From: Candidatus Aenigmatarchaeota archaeon
Lineage (GTDB): Archaea > Aenigmatarchaeota > Aenigmatarchaeia > CG10238-14 > SCSR01
Length of the DNA stretch: 64,000 nucleotides
Assembly (NCBI GenBank): GCA_039000165.1
Contig: JAWBTW010000005.1
Location: 981-64,980 of the forward strand
Direction of reading: 5' to 3'
Shown: positions 38,263 through 47,121 of the stretch, piece after piece
Position numbering within the stretch: position 1 is the stretch's first letter
Layout: each line of letters starts with the position of its first letter
Translations under genes and position numbers: made by a program
The notes under the pieces: generated by a model
Seen by the model: the letters and a program-made list of their open reading frames with translations, nothing else
What the model was told of the DNA's origin: nothing
Database searches by the model: none

Positions 38263-38355
38263 TGGGGACGCTGGGATTTGAACCCAGGTTTTCTCGTGCA
38301 AAGCACTCTGAGCCTCCCAAGGGCCCGATCCTAGACCAAGCTAGACGACGTCCCC
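38263..38355 (-). tRNA. tRNA-Pro(TGG) with a probable 18-nt intron in the variable region (38290-38307)
   Basis: Acceptor GGGGACG/CGTCCCC, anticodon arm GGGCC-CTTGGGA-GGCTC, T arm CTGGG-TTCAAAT-CCCAG; 22-nt variable region; no encoded CCA. Confidence 0.92.
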
Positions 38356-38445
38356 CTTATTATAATTTTAAATTCGAGATAAATGCTTTTTTTACTTTCT
38401 CTTTGTCGTAGGATAGTTTTATTTAAAGCTTGCTTCAACAAAATA

Positions 38446-38520
38446 TGGGAGGACCGGGATTTGAACCCGGGTTGCCGGCACCCCAAGCCGGATGCCTAGA
38501 CCAAGCTAGCAGATCCTCCC
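38446..38520 (-). tRNA. tRNA-Pro(GGG)
   Basis: Acceptor GGGAGGA/TCCTCCC, anticodon arm CCGGC-TTGGGGT-GCCGG, variable CAAC, T arm CCGGG-TTCAAAT-CCCGG; 75 nt. Confidence 0.96.
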
Positions 38521-38561
38521 GATAATCAAACATTATTTGATTACAAATTAAAAAATAAATT

Positions 38562-39833
38562 ATGGTTTATGAAACTATTGTCGGCAGACTAAAAGAAGAT
38601 AGAGAAAAATTTGGAAACAAGTGCTCAGGCTACTTGGGTAAGCATATTGTTGGAACTGGTGAAGACGCTCACCTAACAACAAAAGTTTTTATCGATTTGC
38701 TTCGATGTCATGTAATTCTAATTTCAGGAAAAAGGGGAACAGGTAAAAGCTATGATGCAGGAGTAATAGCAGAAGAAATTGCTTCACTTCCAGAAGAATT
38801 TAGAAAAAATTTAAGCGTAATTATGATAGATACTATGGGTATTTTTTGGAGCTTAAAAAAGCCAAACGAACAGCAAAAATCTTTACTTAAAGAATGGAAT
38901 CTAGAACCAAAAGGTTTTGAAAATGTGAAAGTTTTTGTTCCTTATTCTCAGCTTCAAGATTTTAAAAATGCAGGAATTCCCGTTGACGAAGGAATTTCAA
39001 TTTTGCCTTATGAGTTTTCAGCAGAAGAATGGAGGCTAGCTTTTAACTTAAAAAGAACAGAGCCTGCAGGAATTGCTCTAGAAAAAGTTATAAACCAACT
39101 TTTAGAATCTCAACAAAATTTTTCCATAGATGATATAATAACAAAAGTTAGAGACGATAAAGAAATTTCACAAGAAGTGAAAAGTGCTTTAGAAAACATG
39201 TTAACTGTAGCTAAGCAATGGGGAGTTTTTGGAGAAAAAGGAATTAATATAGATGATGTTGTTCAACCAGGCCAAATTTCTGTAGTTGATGTTTCTAGGT
39301 TAAGGGCAACAGAAGCCTGGAGCGTTAGAAACTTTATTGTTGCTATAATAGCAAGAAAGGTTTATGAGTATCGTTTGCTAGCAAGAAAAGAAGAAGAAAT
39401 AGCAAAGCTTGAGGGAAGAAAGCTTGAAAAAAGATATCCTATGGTTTGGCTTATTGTTGATGAAGCTCACAACTTTTGTCCTTCAGATTTTGAAACAGTT
39501 TCTTCTCAACCATTTCTAACAATAGCAAAGCAAGGAAGAGAGCCTGGAGTAAGCTTGGTAGTAATAACACAAATGCCAAATAAAATTCATCAGGATATTC
39601 TAAGCCAATGCGATTTGGTAATTTCTCATCGTTTAACTTCTCGTGATGATTTACAAGCTTTGCATGCTGTTTATCAAACTTATATGGCTGAAGAAATTGA
39701 GAAAATGATTAACAAGCTCCCAAGATGGCCTGGAGCTGCTTTAATTCTTGATGATAATTTGGAAAAAATTTTTACTGTTTGTATTAGGCCTAGACTTTCA
39801 TGGCATGCAGGAGGAACTGCTGCAGTTGTTTAA
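38562..39833 (+). CDS. HerA/FtsK-superfamily ATPase (DUF87-like), lacking an obvious HAS barrel
   Basis: Walker A GKRGTGKS, Walker B IVDEAHNF, KQGREPG arginine-finger region, ITQMP. Confidence 0.9.
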   Translation: MVYETIVGRLKEDREKFGNKCSGYLGKHIVGTGEDAHLTTKVFIDLLRCHVILISGKRGTGKSYDAGVIAEEIASLPEEFRKNLSVIMIDTMGIFWSLKKPNEQQKSLLKEWNLEPKGFENVKVFVPYSQLQDFKNAGIPVDEGISILPYEFSAEEWRLAFNLKRTEPAGIALEKVINQLLESQQNFSIDDIITKVRDDKEISQEVKSALENMLTVAKQWGVFGEKGINIDDVVQPGQISVVDVSRLRATEAWSVRNFIVAIIARKVYEYRLLARKEEEIAKLEGRKLEKRYPMVWLIVDEAHNFCPSDFETVSSQPFLTIAKQGREPGVSLVVITQMPNKIHQDILSQCDLVISHRLTSRDDLQALHAVYQTYMAEEIEKMINKLPRWPGAALILDDNLEKIFTVCIRPRLSWHAGGTAAVV

Positions 39834-39896
39834 TTTATATAAATAAAATTTAAAATTGAGAATTTCTTTAAACTTTAAGTAATAAATTGTATATGT

Positions 39897-42098
39897 ATGA
39901 GAAAGCACCTAATTTTACTATTCTTTTTCTTCTTTCTACCAATCACTGTTTCAGCCCAAGATCTAGTAGCTTACTATTCCTTTGACGATTGCTCAGCCAA
40001 AGATTTATCTGGCTATAATAACAACGGAACAATTTATGGCGCAATCTGCACAGAAGGAAAAATAAATCAAGCTTTAAGCTTTGACGGTATAGACGATTAC
40101 ATAAATTGTGGAAATTCCTCTATTCTTAATCCTTCTTCGATAACAATCCTAGCCTGGATCTATCCAAAAGGCTGGGGAGAAAACGGAATGGGAAGAATAG
40201 TTACCAAATACTATTCCTACCAATTCTACGTTTATTCTGATGGCAACAGACTAAGCTTCTACTTTTGGAATTCCTCTAATTCAACCAATCAAGCCTGGTC
40301 GAACATAAACTCAACAAAACTAAACGAATGGCAGCATGTAGCAGTAACTTATGACGGAGAATACATTAAGTTTTACGTTAACGGCTTACTTTCAGGACAA
40401 ACAGCAATGAAAGCAGGAAGCTTGCAATCTTCTAACTCAAACCTAATTATAGGAAACAGAGAAAGCCTAGACAGAACTTTTAACGGCACAATAGACGAAG
40501 TAAAAATCTACAACAGAGCTTTAAGCAGCGAAGAAATCTACTCAGAATATCTAAAAACTGTTAAATACTTTCTTTCAGGTCAACTTAAAGACAAAAATGG
40601 TATTCCGCTTCAAGCAAATATTTCATTTTTAGACAAAGACACAAACGAAATAATTTTGATAAATCGAACAGATGAGAATGGAAGTTACCTTTTGTCAGCT
40701 TACTATGGAAGTTATGATATCTTGTATGAACTATCTGGCCAAAACTTGTGGATAAAAATAAAAGATTTTAATTTAAATCAGGATACAAGCGACATTTTAA
40801 ATTACATATCTTTTGAGTCAAATAAAATATCTTTTCAAGCCACCTTAGACAAAACAATTACTCTTGAGATATCAACTGACAAACCTCCTAGCAAAATTTT
40901 AATAAACGGAACCGAATTGGAAAAAGTTAATTCTTTGCAAGAATTGAAAAATAACAGCTGGTTTTATGAGTCATTTAAAAAAGTAATTCATTTACAAAAT
41001 TTTTTAGACTGTAATTTTCTTTGTAAACTTAAAAGATTTTCTTATGGTTTATGTAGAAATACCATGGAAGGCTTCCCGGAACCAGCTCCATTAGACCTTT
41101 CTGATGCAAGAAGAACTTTATGGAGATATTTTCCTTACTTATGGCACAGACATGAAGTTTTGGTTGAACTTTTCAAAAACTTATCAAATGCTCATCCAAA
41201 ATACGCTTCTTACGAATCTATAGGTAAATCGCATGAAGGTAGAGATATATTGATGTTTAAGATAGGAAATCCAGAAGGAGGAAAAGTTATGTGGGATGGG
41301 TGCATCCATGGTCCCGAAGATATAGGAAGCGAGATAATGTATATAATTGCAAAATGGCTTCTTGAAAGTGGGAACGAGACAGCTAATAGAATACTTCAAA
41401 GAAATTATATTCTTTTTATTCCTGTGGTGAATATGGATTCTTACGCAAGACAAAACAGGAATTTTAGCGCATGTCAATACGGAGTAGATTTGAACAGAAA
41501 CTTTGTAACAGGATGGCGCTCAAGAGCATGCACAATAGGAACGTGTACAAACGATACAGATTGCGAAAATAATTACGGCAGCTCTTATGTTTGTAGGAAT
41601 AACACTTGTGTTAATAACTATGATTATTCTGGAGAGTCTCCTGCAAGTGAGAATGAAACAAAAGCATTAAGATACGCTTTTCAAACTTATAGACCAGAGT
41701 TTTATGTTAACACTCATAGAGGTGGTTCTATTCTGTACTATTATTCTGGCAATAATATGTCGATTGTAAATTCCTTACTCCAGAGAATTAATGAATTAAG
41801 CTTACAAATGGGTGTAACACCTTATTCTGCCACTTCAGTTGGAGCAAATGGTATGGCTTTAGCCGATGCAAATTATTTTGGCGCTACTTCTTGGCTTTTC
41901 GAAATAGAAACTTGGGATGTTAATGTAACTTATGACGATATAGTAAATGTTTATTTTCCAAGAGTTTTACCAGTTTTTATAGCGATGTGCGAAGCTTCTG
42001 AAAAAGTTGTAGAAATTAATCCCTGCCTAAACGGAGAAATTTTAATTGACCAAAATACTTGTTTGCCATACTGGAAATGCTGTTGTTCTTTTTCTTAA
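39897..42098 (+). CDS. Secreted protein: LamG-like domain, shared module, M14 zinc carboxypeptidase, Cys-rich tail
   Basis: Signal peptide; FDGIDDY...WQHVAVTYDG...FNGTIDEVKIYNRALS; HGPE, DLNRNF, SENET, NTH and FE M14 motifs. Confidence 0.88.
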   Translation: MRKHLILLFFFFFLPITVSAQDLVAYYSFDDCSAKDLSGYNNNGTIYGAICTEGKINQALSFDGIDDYINCGNSSILNPSSITILAWIYPKGWGENGMGRIVTKYYSYQFYVYSDGNRLSFYFWNSSNSTNQAWSNINSTKLNEWQHVAVTYDGEYIKFYVNGLLSGQTAMKAGSLQSSNSNLIIGNRESLDRTFNGTIDEVKIYNRALSSEEIYSEYLKTVKYFLSGQLKDKNGIPLQANISFLDKDTNEIILINRTDENGSYLLSAYYGSYDILYELSGQNLWIKIKDFNLNQDTSDILNYISFESNKISFQATLDKTITLEISTDKPPSKILINGTELEKVNSLQELKNNSWFYESFKKVIHLQNFLDCNFLCKLKRFSYGLCRNTMEGFPEPAPLDLSDARRTLWRYFPYLWHRHEVLVELFKNLSNAHPKYASYESIGKSHEGRDILMFKIGNPEGGKVMWDGCIHGPEDIGSEIMYIIAKWLLESGNETANRILQRNYILFIPVVNMDSYARQNRNFSACQYGVDLNRNFVTGWRSRACTIGTCTNDTDCENNYGSSYVCRNNTCVNNYDYSGESPASENETKALRYAFQTYRPEFYVNTHRGGSILYYYSGNNMSIVNSLLQRINELSLQMGVTPYSATSVGANGMALADANYFGATSWLFEIETWDVNVTYDDIVNVYFPRVLPVFIAMCEASEKVVEINPCLNGEILIDQNTCLPYWKCCCSFS

Positions 42099-42130
42099 AA
42101 TATTTGTTCAAAGAACACTAAGTTATATTT

Positions 42131-45100
42131 ATGAAAATATATTCTCAAATAATCGTTTTTCTTCTATTTATAGTTCTTTTATGTAGTCTCCCAACTTTCA
42201 TTAAAAAAGATGAAATAAATAACGAAAATTCTTCTTTTGAAGAAGAATGTACAGCTGTAATAGTTACAGGAACTCACGCAAAAGACGGAAGGGCTATAAT
42301 GATGAAGAATAGAGATTGGAGTGATACTCAGTACCAAAAACCTTGGTTTGTTAGTAGTTATGCTGGAGGAAATTACAGTTATATCTTAATGTCTGCTTAT
42401 ATGGGAATGAATGAAGTAGGATTAGCTATTATGAACACTCTTCAATCTTGTCCTGGTTTAAATGTTTGGCATTATAACATTCATGGAAATTACACTAATG
42501 ATAAATCAGTAGCTATGCAGTATGTTCTCTCTCATTTTTCAGATGTGGAAAAAGCAGTTATGTGGATAGTCGAAAATACTTACGGATTATGCGATTGTAT
42601 AGGAATAATAGGTCAAAATAGTAGCGTAGGTGCTTTTGTTTGGATAGATGGTGATAAGAAATACATAACTTGGGTCAATAATTCGCACGATGCTGCAGCA
42701 AACAGTTGGGTTCCAAACGGTGTTTACGGAACTAGAGGAGCAAGAGCAAAGCAACTTCTAGACCAAATCTACAATCAAAAAGGTTACATTTCTTGGGAGG
42801 ATGTAATTCAAGAAATAAGTAAAGATGAGTTTGATAGAGAAAAAACCAATAACAATTGTTACAGCTATAGTGATTGTATTAGCAGAGGAATAACAAGAGC
42901 AGCTATGGTAGCAGTTTCGGGAAATAGTAGCTATGAAGGCAGACTTAACATAATGTGGCTAACTTTTGGAGAAAATCCTACTATAGGTCTTTTCTTACCC
43001 TTAATGCCTGGGGTAATAGATTCCTCTTCAGACATACCAAGCATTTTTACTTCTGGAAACGGTTTAGGAGCTTTAGTAGAAGTTAAGAGGAACTATGCTA
43101 GAAATGGTTGTAGTTCTGAGCAATGGAACGGCACAAGAGTGAGAGAGATTCAGTCTTATTCTTTTTACGCTGAAAATTATACTTTTAAAAAATACGATGA
43201 ACTGATGAAGACAATTCCAAGTGGCTTATCTTATACTCAATTAAAAACGCTTCTTAAAAATTATATGAATGATTCGATAACTGTAGCTACCAACATATAT
43301 ATAGCAGAAAAAATACCTGAAGATTCTTTACCCAATTGTAGTGTCCTAAGTATAGATGAATCTTCTCCTTATGCTTATGCTTTAGACAATTCTATTTGGT
43401 ATAGTAATCTTTCTACGGGAAGCTTTGCTGTCAATATAGAGACTAACGATGATAAAGGAATAAGCAAAGTGAGCTTTCCGAGTACTACTTCCTCAGGAGG
43501 GGATGACACAATTCCTCCATATTCTTGGACCTATAGTTGGAATACCCAGAGTACTTATTCTGGAATAGCTACAGTTACAGTTTACGATACAGCACAGCAG
43601 ACTGGTACGTGTATTTTTAGCGTGATTAAGGATAGCGTAGCACCAACTACTACAGTAAATATCGAAGGAAACTATAACATTATTTTAAGTTGCGAGGATT
43701 CTGGCGTAGGTTGTAATGTCACTTATTATTGCATAGATACCGATAATTCCTGTAATCCTTCGAATGTATACTTAAATCCTATAACAACTTCTTGTACCGG
43801 TTGTTGCTATTTAAGATACCGTTCAGCAGATAAGGTTAACAATGTAGAAACTGTCAAATCTGTTTCTTTTGGCCATACTTGCGGTTGCTCAAGAGGCAAC
43901 CCTTCAGTTTTCATTATTCCATCATCTCAAAGTAACTTACCTGGGTATAAGTCAACTTACATAGTTTCAGTTAAAAGTAATGATAATGAAGCATGTGGAA
44001 TTTCTGTATTTAATTTGTCATTAGTCTTCTGCCAAGCTGGTATAAGTTGTAGCTTAATTAATAATACCTTAGCTATCTTGCCCGGAAATGCAATCAATAC
44101 TACATTAGAAATAACTTCAAGTCCTTCTGCTTCAGAAGGCAATTATATTTTTACTGTTAGAGCAACAAATTCTTTACTAAGCAATTATTTTGGAGAGGCT
44201 TCAGGAAGTTACATCGTTGTCTTAAAAAAACTAGTTTTAGAATATAAGTTCAGTGAAGGTCTGGGGTTAGTAGCTTACGATAACTCTGGATTTAATAATC
44301 ATGCAAATATTTTTGGGGCAAATTGGATAGAAGGCAAACACGACTTTGCTTTAAGTTTTGACGGAATAGACGACTATCTTGAAGTTTTGCAAGCCGATTC
44401 GATTAGTGGTTTTTCTTATGGTTTGTCTTTGAGCTTATGGGTTAAGTTTAACGAATTAAATAGAAGACAGGCGATTCTCAACAAATATGATACAAGAAGT
44501 AATCAAAGAGGTTGGTTCTTGGAGTACCAAAACCATTCTACTTATAGGGATGTTTTAGGATTTTTTGCTTCTTACAATGGAGTTAATTATAGTGAATGGT
44601 ACACTTCTTTCAAGCCTAATTTGGGAGAATGGTATCACTTAGCAGTTGTTTGGGAGCCAAATAAACTACCAAAGTTCTACGTGAATGGCGAACTTAAACA
44701 AACAATAAACAACAGAACAATTCCGCAAATTTTCAACAATACTCTAGCACCATTTCACATAGGAAAAAGTACTTATGCTACTGGAAGAGAATTTAACGGA
44801 ACGATAGATGAAGTTAAAATTTACAATTATGCTTTAACTGATAGCGAAATATTAGAAATATTTTCGAACGAAAGTAAAAATTATTTCAAAGGTTTCCTTA
44901 CCGATAAAGATGGTAGGCCATACCAAGGAATAGTATCAATCGACTCTCACGCAGGAAGCATAGAGAATGGAAATTATTTTCTCAGAATTGATTCAGGAAA
45001 TTATGATATTATATATTCTTTAGTCAACTTTCCTGTTCAGGGATTTTGGTTGAAACTTCTCAACTACTTAATCGATTCAGATTTGAATGATATAGTAAAT

Positions 45101-45304
45101 TATGTTGATAAGCAAGACAATAGAATTTCGTTCGTTGTCGAGTGTTTTAATTCTCAAAGTATTCAGGCTTACAGCCCTTCCAAACCAAACAAAGTAAAAG
45201 TTAATGGGGTTGAGATACCCTATGACGATTCTCTTTCTTCTATTCCTTCTTGGAAATACATTTCATCGAATAAAACAATCATTATTAAGTTCTTCTGTCA
45301 ATAA
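42131..45304 (+). CDS. Secreted protein: Ntn-hydrolase (C45/C69-like), Ig-like domains, LamG, shared C-terminal module
   Basis: N-terminal TM/signal; CTAVIVTG...DGRAIMMKNRD nucleophile-Cys motif, GMNEVGLAI; FNGTIDEVKIYN. Confidence 0.85.
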   Translation: MKIYSQIIVFLLFIVLLCSLPTFIKKDEINNENSSFEEECTAVIVTGTHAKDGRAIMMKNRDWSDTQYQKPWFVSSYAGGNYSYILMSAYMGMNEVGLAIMNTLQSCPGLNVWHYNIHGNYTNDKSVAMQYVLSHFSDVEKAVMWIVENTYGLCDCIGIIGQNSSVGAFVWIDGDKKYITWVNNSHDAAANSWVPNGVYGTRGARAKQLLDQIYNQKGYISWEDVIQEISKDEFDREKTNNNCYSYSDCISRGITRAAMVAVSGNSSYEGRLNIMWLTFGENPTIGLFLPLMPGVIDSSSDIPSIFTSGNGLGALVEVKRNYARNGCSSEQWNGTRVREIQSYSFYAENYTFKKYDELMKTIPSGLSYTQLKTLLKNYMNDSITVATNIYIAEKIPEDSLPNCSVLSIDESSPYAYALDNSIWYSNLSTGSFAVNIETNDDKGISKVSFPSTTSSGGDDTIPPYSWTYSWNTQSTYSGIATVTVYDTAQQTGTCIFSVIKDSVAPTTTVNIEGNYNIILSCEDSGVGCNVTYYCIDTDNSCNPSNVYLNPITTSCTGCCYLRYRSADKVNNVETVKSVSFGHTCGCSRGNPSVFIIPSSQSNLPGYKSTYIVSVKSNDNEACGISVFNLSLVFCQAGISCSLINNTLAILPGNAINTTLEITSSPSASEGNYIFTVRATNSLLSNYFGEASGSYIVVLKKLVLEYKFSEGLGLVAYDNSGFNNHANIFGANWIEGKHDFALSFDGIDDYLEVLQADSISGFSYGLSLSLWVKFNELNRRQAILNKYDTRSNQRGWFLEYQNHSTYRDVLGFFASYNGVNYSEWYTSFKPNLGEWYHLAVVWEPNKLPKFYVNGELKQTINNRTIPQIFNNTLAPFHIGKSTYATGREFNGTIDEVKIYNYALTDSEILEIFSNESKNYFKGFLTDKDGRPYQGIVSIDSHAGSIENGNYFLRIDSGNYDIIYSLVNFPVQGFWLKLLNYLIDSDLNDIVNYVDKQDNRISFVVECFNSQSIQAYSPSKPNKVKVNGVEIPYDDSLSSIPSWKYISSNKTIIIKFFCQ

Positions 45305-45311
45305 AATTATT

Positions 45312-47009
45312 ATGAATCAATTTTTTATCTTCCTTTTATCCGCTGCTCTTTTAATTTTACTCTTACCAACTTTCTATGACCTCCATAGTTCTAAAGTTCA
45401 GAGTTACTCTTTTCTTTCTAATTATGAATTAGCGCTTTTTAACTCCGAACTTTACCCTCTAGACTCAAATTTAATAACCGTTTGTTCTTCTGGGTGTAAC
45501 TTTACTTCTATTTACTCAGCTATAAATTACGCTAATATTACTCCAGGAGCAGATATGATTTATATAAAGGAAGGCGTATACACAGAAAACAACATCAAAT
45601 TATACAGCAACATCACAATCGTAGGCGATGGTATAGACAAAACAATTATAAGAAATAAGCTTTATAATTCTACAATAGGTCAAAGGGTTGATATTTTCAC
45701 TAGTAATGTTCCTTTAGAAAATGTTCGGATCGAAAATCTAACTGTTGATACTTTAGGTGTGCCAGACAACATGGGAAGTAGTGCCATAACTTTTCGAGGT
45801 AATGGCACGAACAAAAATATTGTTATTAGAAATGTTAAATCTATAAACGCTTTTGGAGCAGGTATAGCGATTCCAAACTTTGAAAATCTTGTAATAGAAA
45901 ATTGTATAATAAATAACACATGGACAGGAATAACAGTTGGTGGGGGGATAAATGCTTCGATTAAAAACAATATAATTGTTAATACTAGAGGGGATGGGAT
46001 TTTTCCACAAGTTAGACGTTCATCGAATCTCAGCGTTATAAAAGCTTTAATAGAAAATAATTATCTAGAGAATATCGGCGATACAGGAATAGATATAACT
46101 TCTGACTGTGATTTTAAACCTCATGAGGAAATTTATGTTGTTGGTAATAAGCTTAAAAATGCAAGTGTAAGAATTTCTTGTGCATTAAACATTACCTTAA
46201 TTAAGAACTTTATTAAATATGGAAGCATCGGTGTAGATGCTGGTGCAGGAAGACCCATAAACATAGCAATCGAAAATAATTCGATAGAAAGTTCAAAAAG
46301 AGGTATTGTTCTAGGTGGTGCTTTAAACGTAACCGTCAGGGACAACATTATTCATTTCTTTGCGTCTTCGGATTCTTCGCAAACAGGTATAAGTTCCGGA
46401 GTTTGGCAATCGTCGATATTACAAAATAATATTATTTTGAACCCACAAAACTATTGTATCGATTTTAATAATTGGCAGGTTGGCGGAAGCGGAAACACGT
46501 TAATAGAAAATAACACTCTAATCAACTGTGGTGATGTAGGGATTTATGATAATAATGTTAGTGTTGGAAAAGTAGTAATAAAAGGAAATAAGATACTAGA
46601 CTTTAAGAACTTATCAAGACACAGCATTCTTACAGAGAAAGAAAATAATGTATGGATCATAACTAACAACTGGATTTATAATAAAAGCATCTTTGCACCA
46701 AGTAGCATAATTAATGATAATGATTACTCTTATCCTGAACAGTTTTATTTTCCAATTTCTTTAAAAAGTAATAAGTTTATCTTCTCTTCAATACTTCAAG
46801 ATAGTAAAAATAAAATTTTAAGAATATATCTTGAAGAAATTGGATTTGGTTTGAACGAAGAAAACACGATAGAGATTTTCAGTCCAAAAAAACCTTCGAA
46901 AATTAAAATAAATAACCTTGTTGTAACATACGACGATTCTCTTTCTTTACTCCATTCTTGGAAATACGATTCTTCTAATAAAACAATAACTTTAAAGTTC
47001 TTTTCTTAA
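45312..47009 (+). CDS. Secreted right-handed beta-helix (pectin lyase-like) protein with shared C-terminal module
   Basis: Start at ATG 45312 with signal/TM; FTSIYSAIN...IYIKEGVYTE...GDG leader, repeated IENN/IxNN PbH1 units. Confidence 0.85.
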   Translation: MNQFFIFLLSAALLILLLPTFYDLHSSKVQSYSFLSNYELALFNSELYPLDSNLITVCSSGCNFTSIYSAINYANITPGADMIYIKEGVYTENNIKLYSNITIVGDGIDKTIIRNKLYNSTIGQRVDIFTSNVPLENVRIENLTVDTLGVPDNMGSSAITFRGNGTNKNIVIRNVKSINAFGAGIAIPNFENLVIENCIINNTWTGITVGGGINASIKNNIIVNTRGDGIFPQVRRSSNLSVIKALIENNYLENIGDTGIDITSDCDFKPHEEIYVVGNKLKNASVRISCALNITLIKNFIKYGSIGVDAGAGRPINIAIENNSIESSKRGIVLGGALNVTVRDNIIHFFASSDSSQTGISSGVWQSSILQNNIILNPQNYCIDFNNWQVGGSGNTLIENNTLINCGDVGIYDNNVSVGKVVIKGNKILDFKNLSRHSILTEKENNVWIITNNWIYNKSIFAPSSIINDNDYSYPEQFYFPISLKSNKFIFSSILQDSKNKILRIYLEEIGFGLNEENTIEIFSPKKPSKIKINNLVVTYDDSLSLLHSWKYDSSNKTITLKFFS

Positions 47010-47121
47010 CCATAACGAAAAAAATTTAACTTATTCGACTTAGCGATTCGATAGCTTACTATTTCTAGCGAATATAGTCAAAGGTAAATGTTGATATTTA
47101 AAGGAGAATAAAAATATTTTA

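Noticed and set aside
47030..47085. Structured ncRNA or riboswitch before the fourth secreted gene (ATTCG/CGAAT and ATAG/CTAT pairings)
   Set aside because: The stems are short, bulged and AT-rich, with no recognisable family motif.
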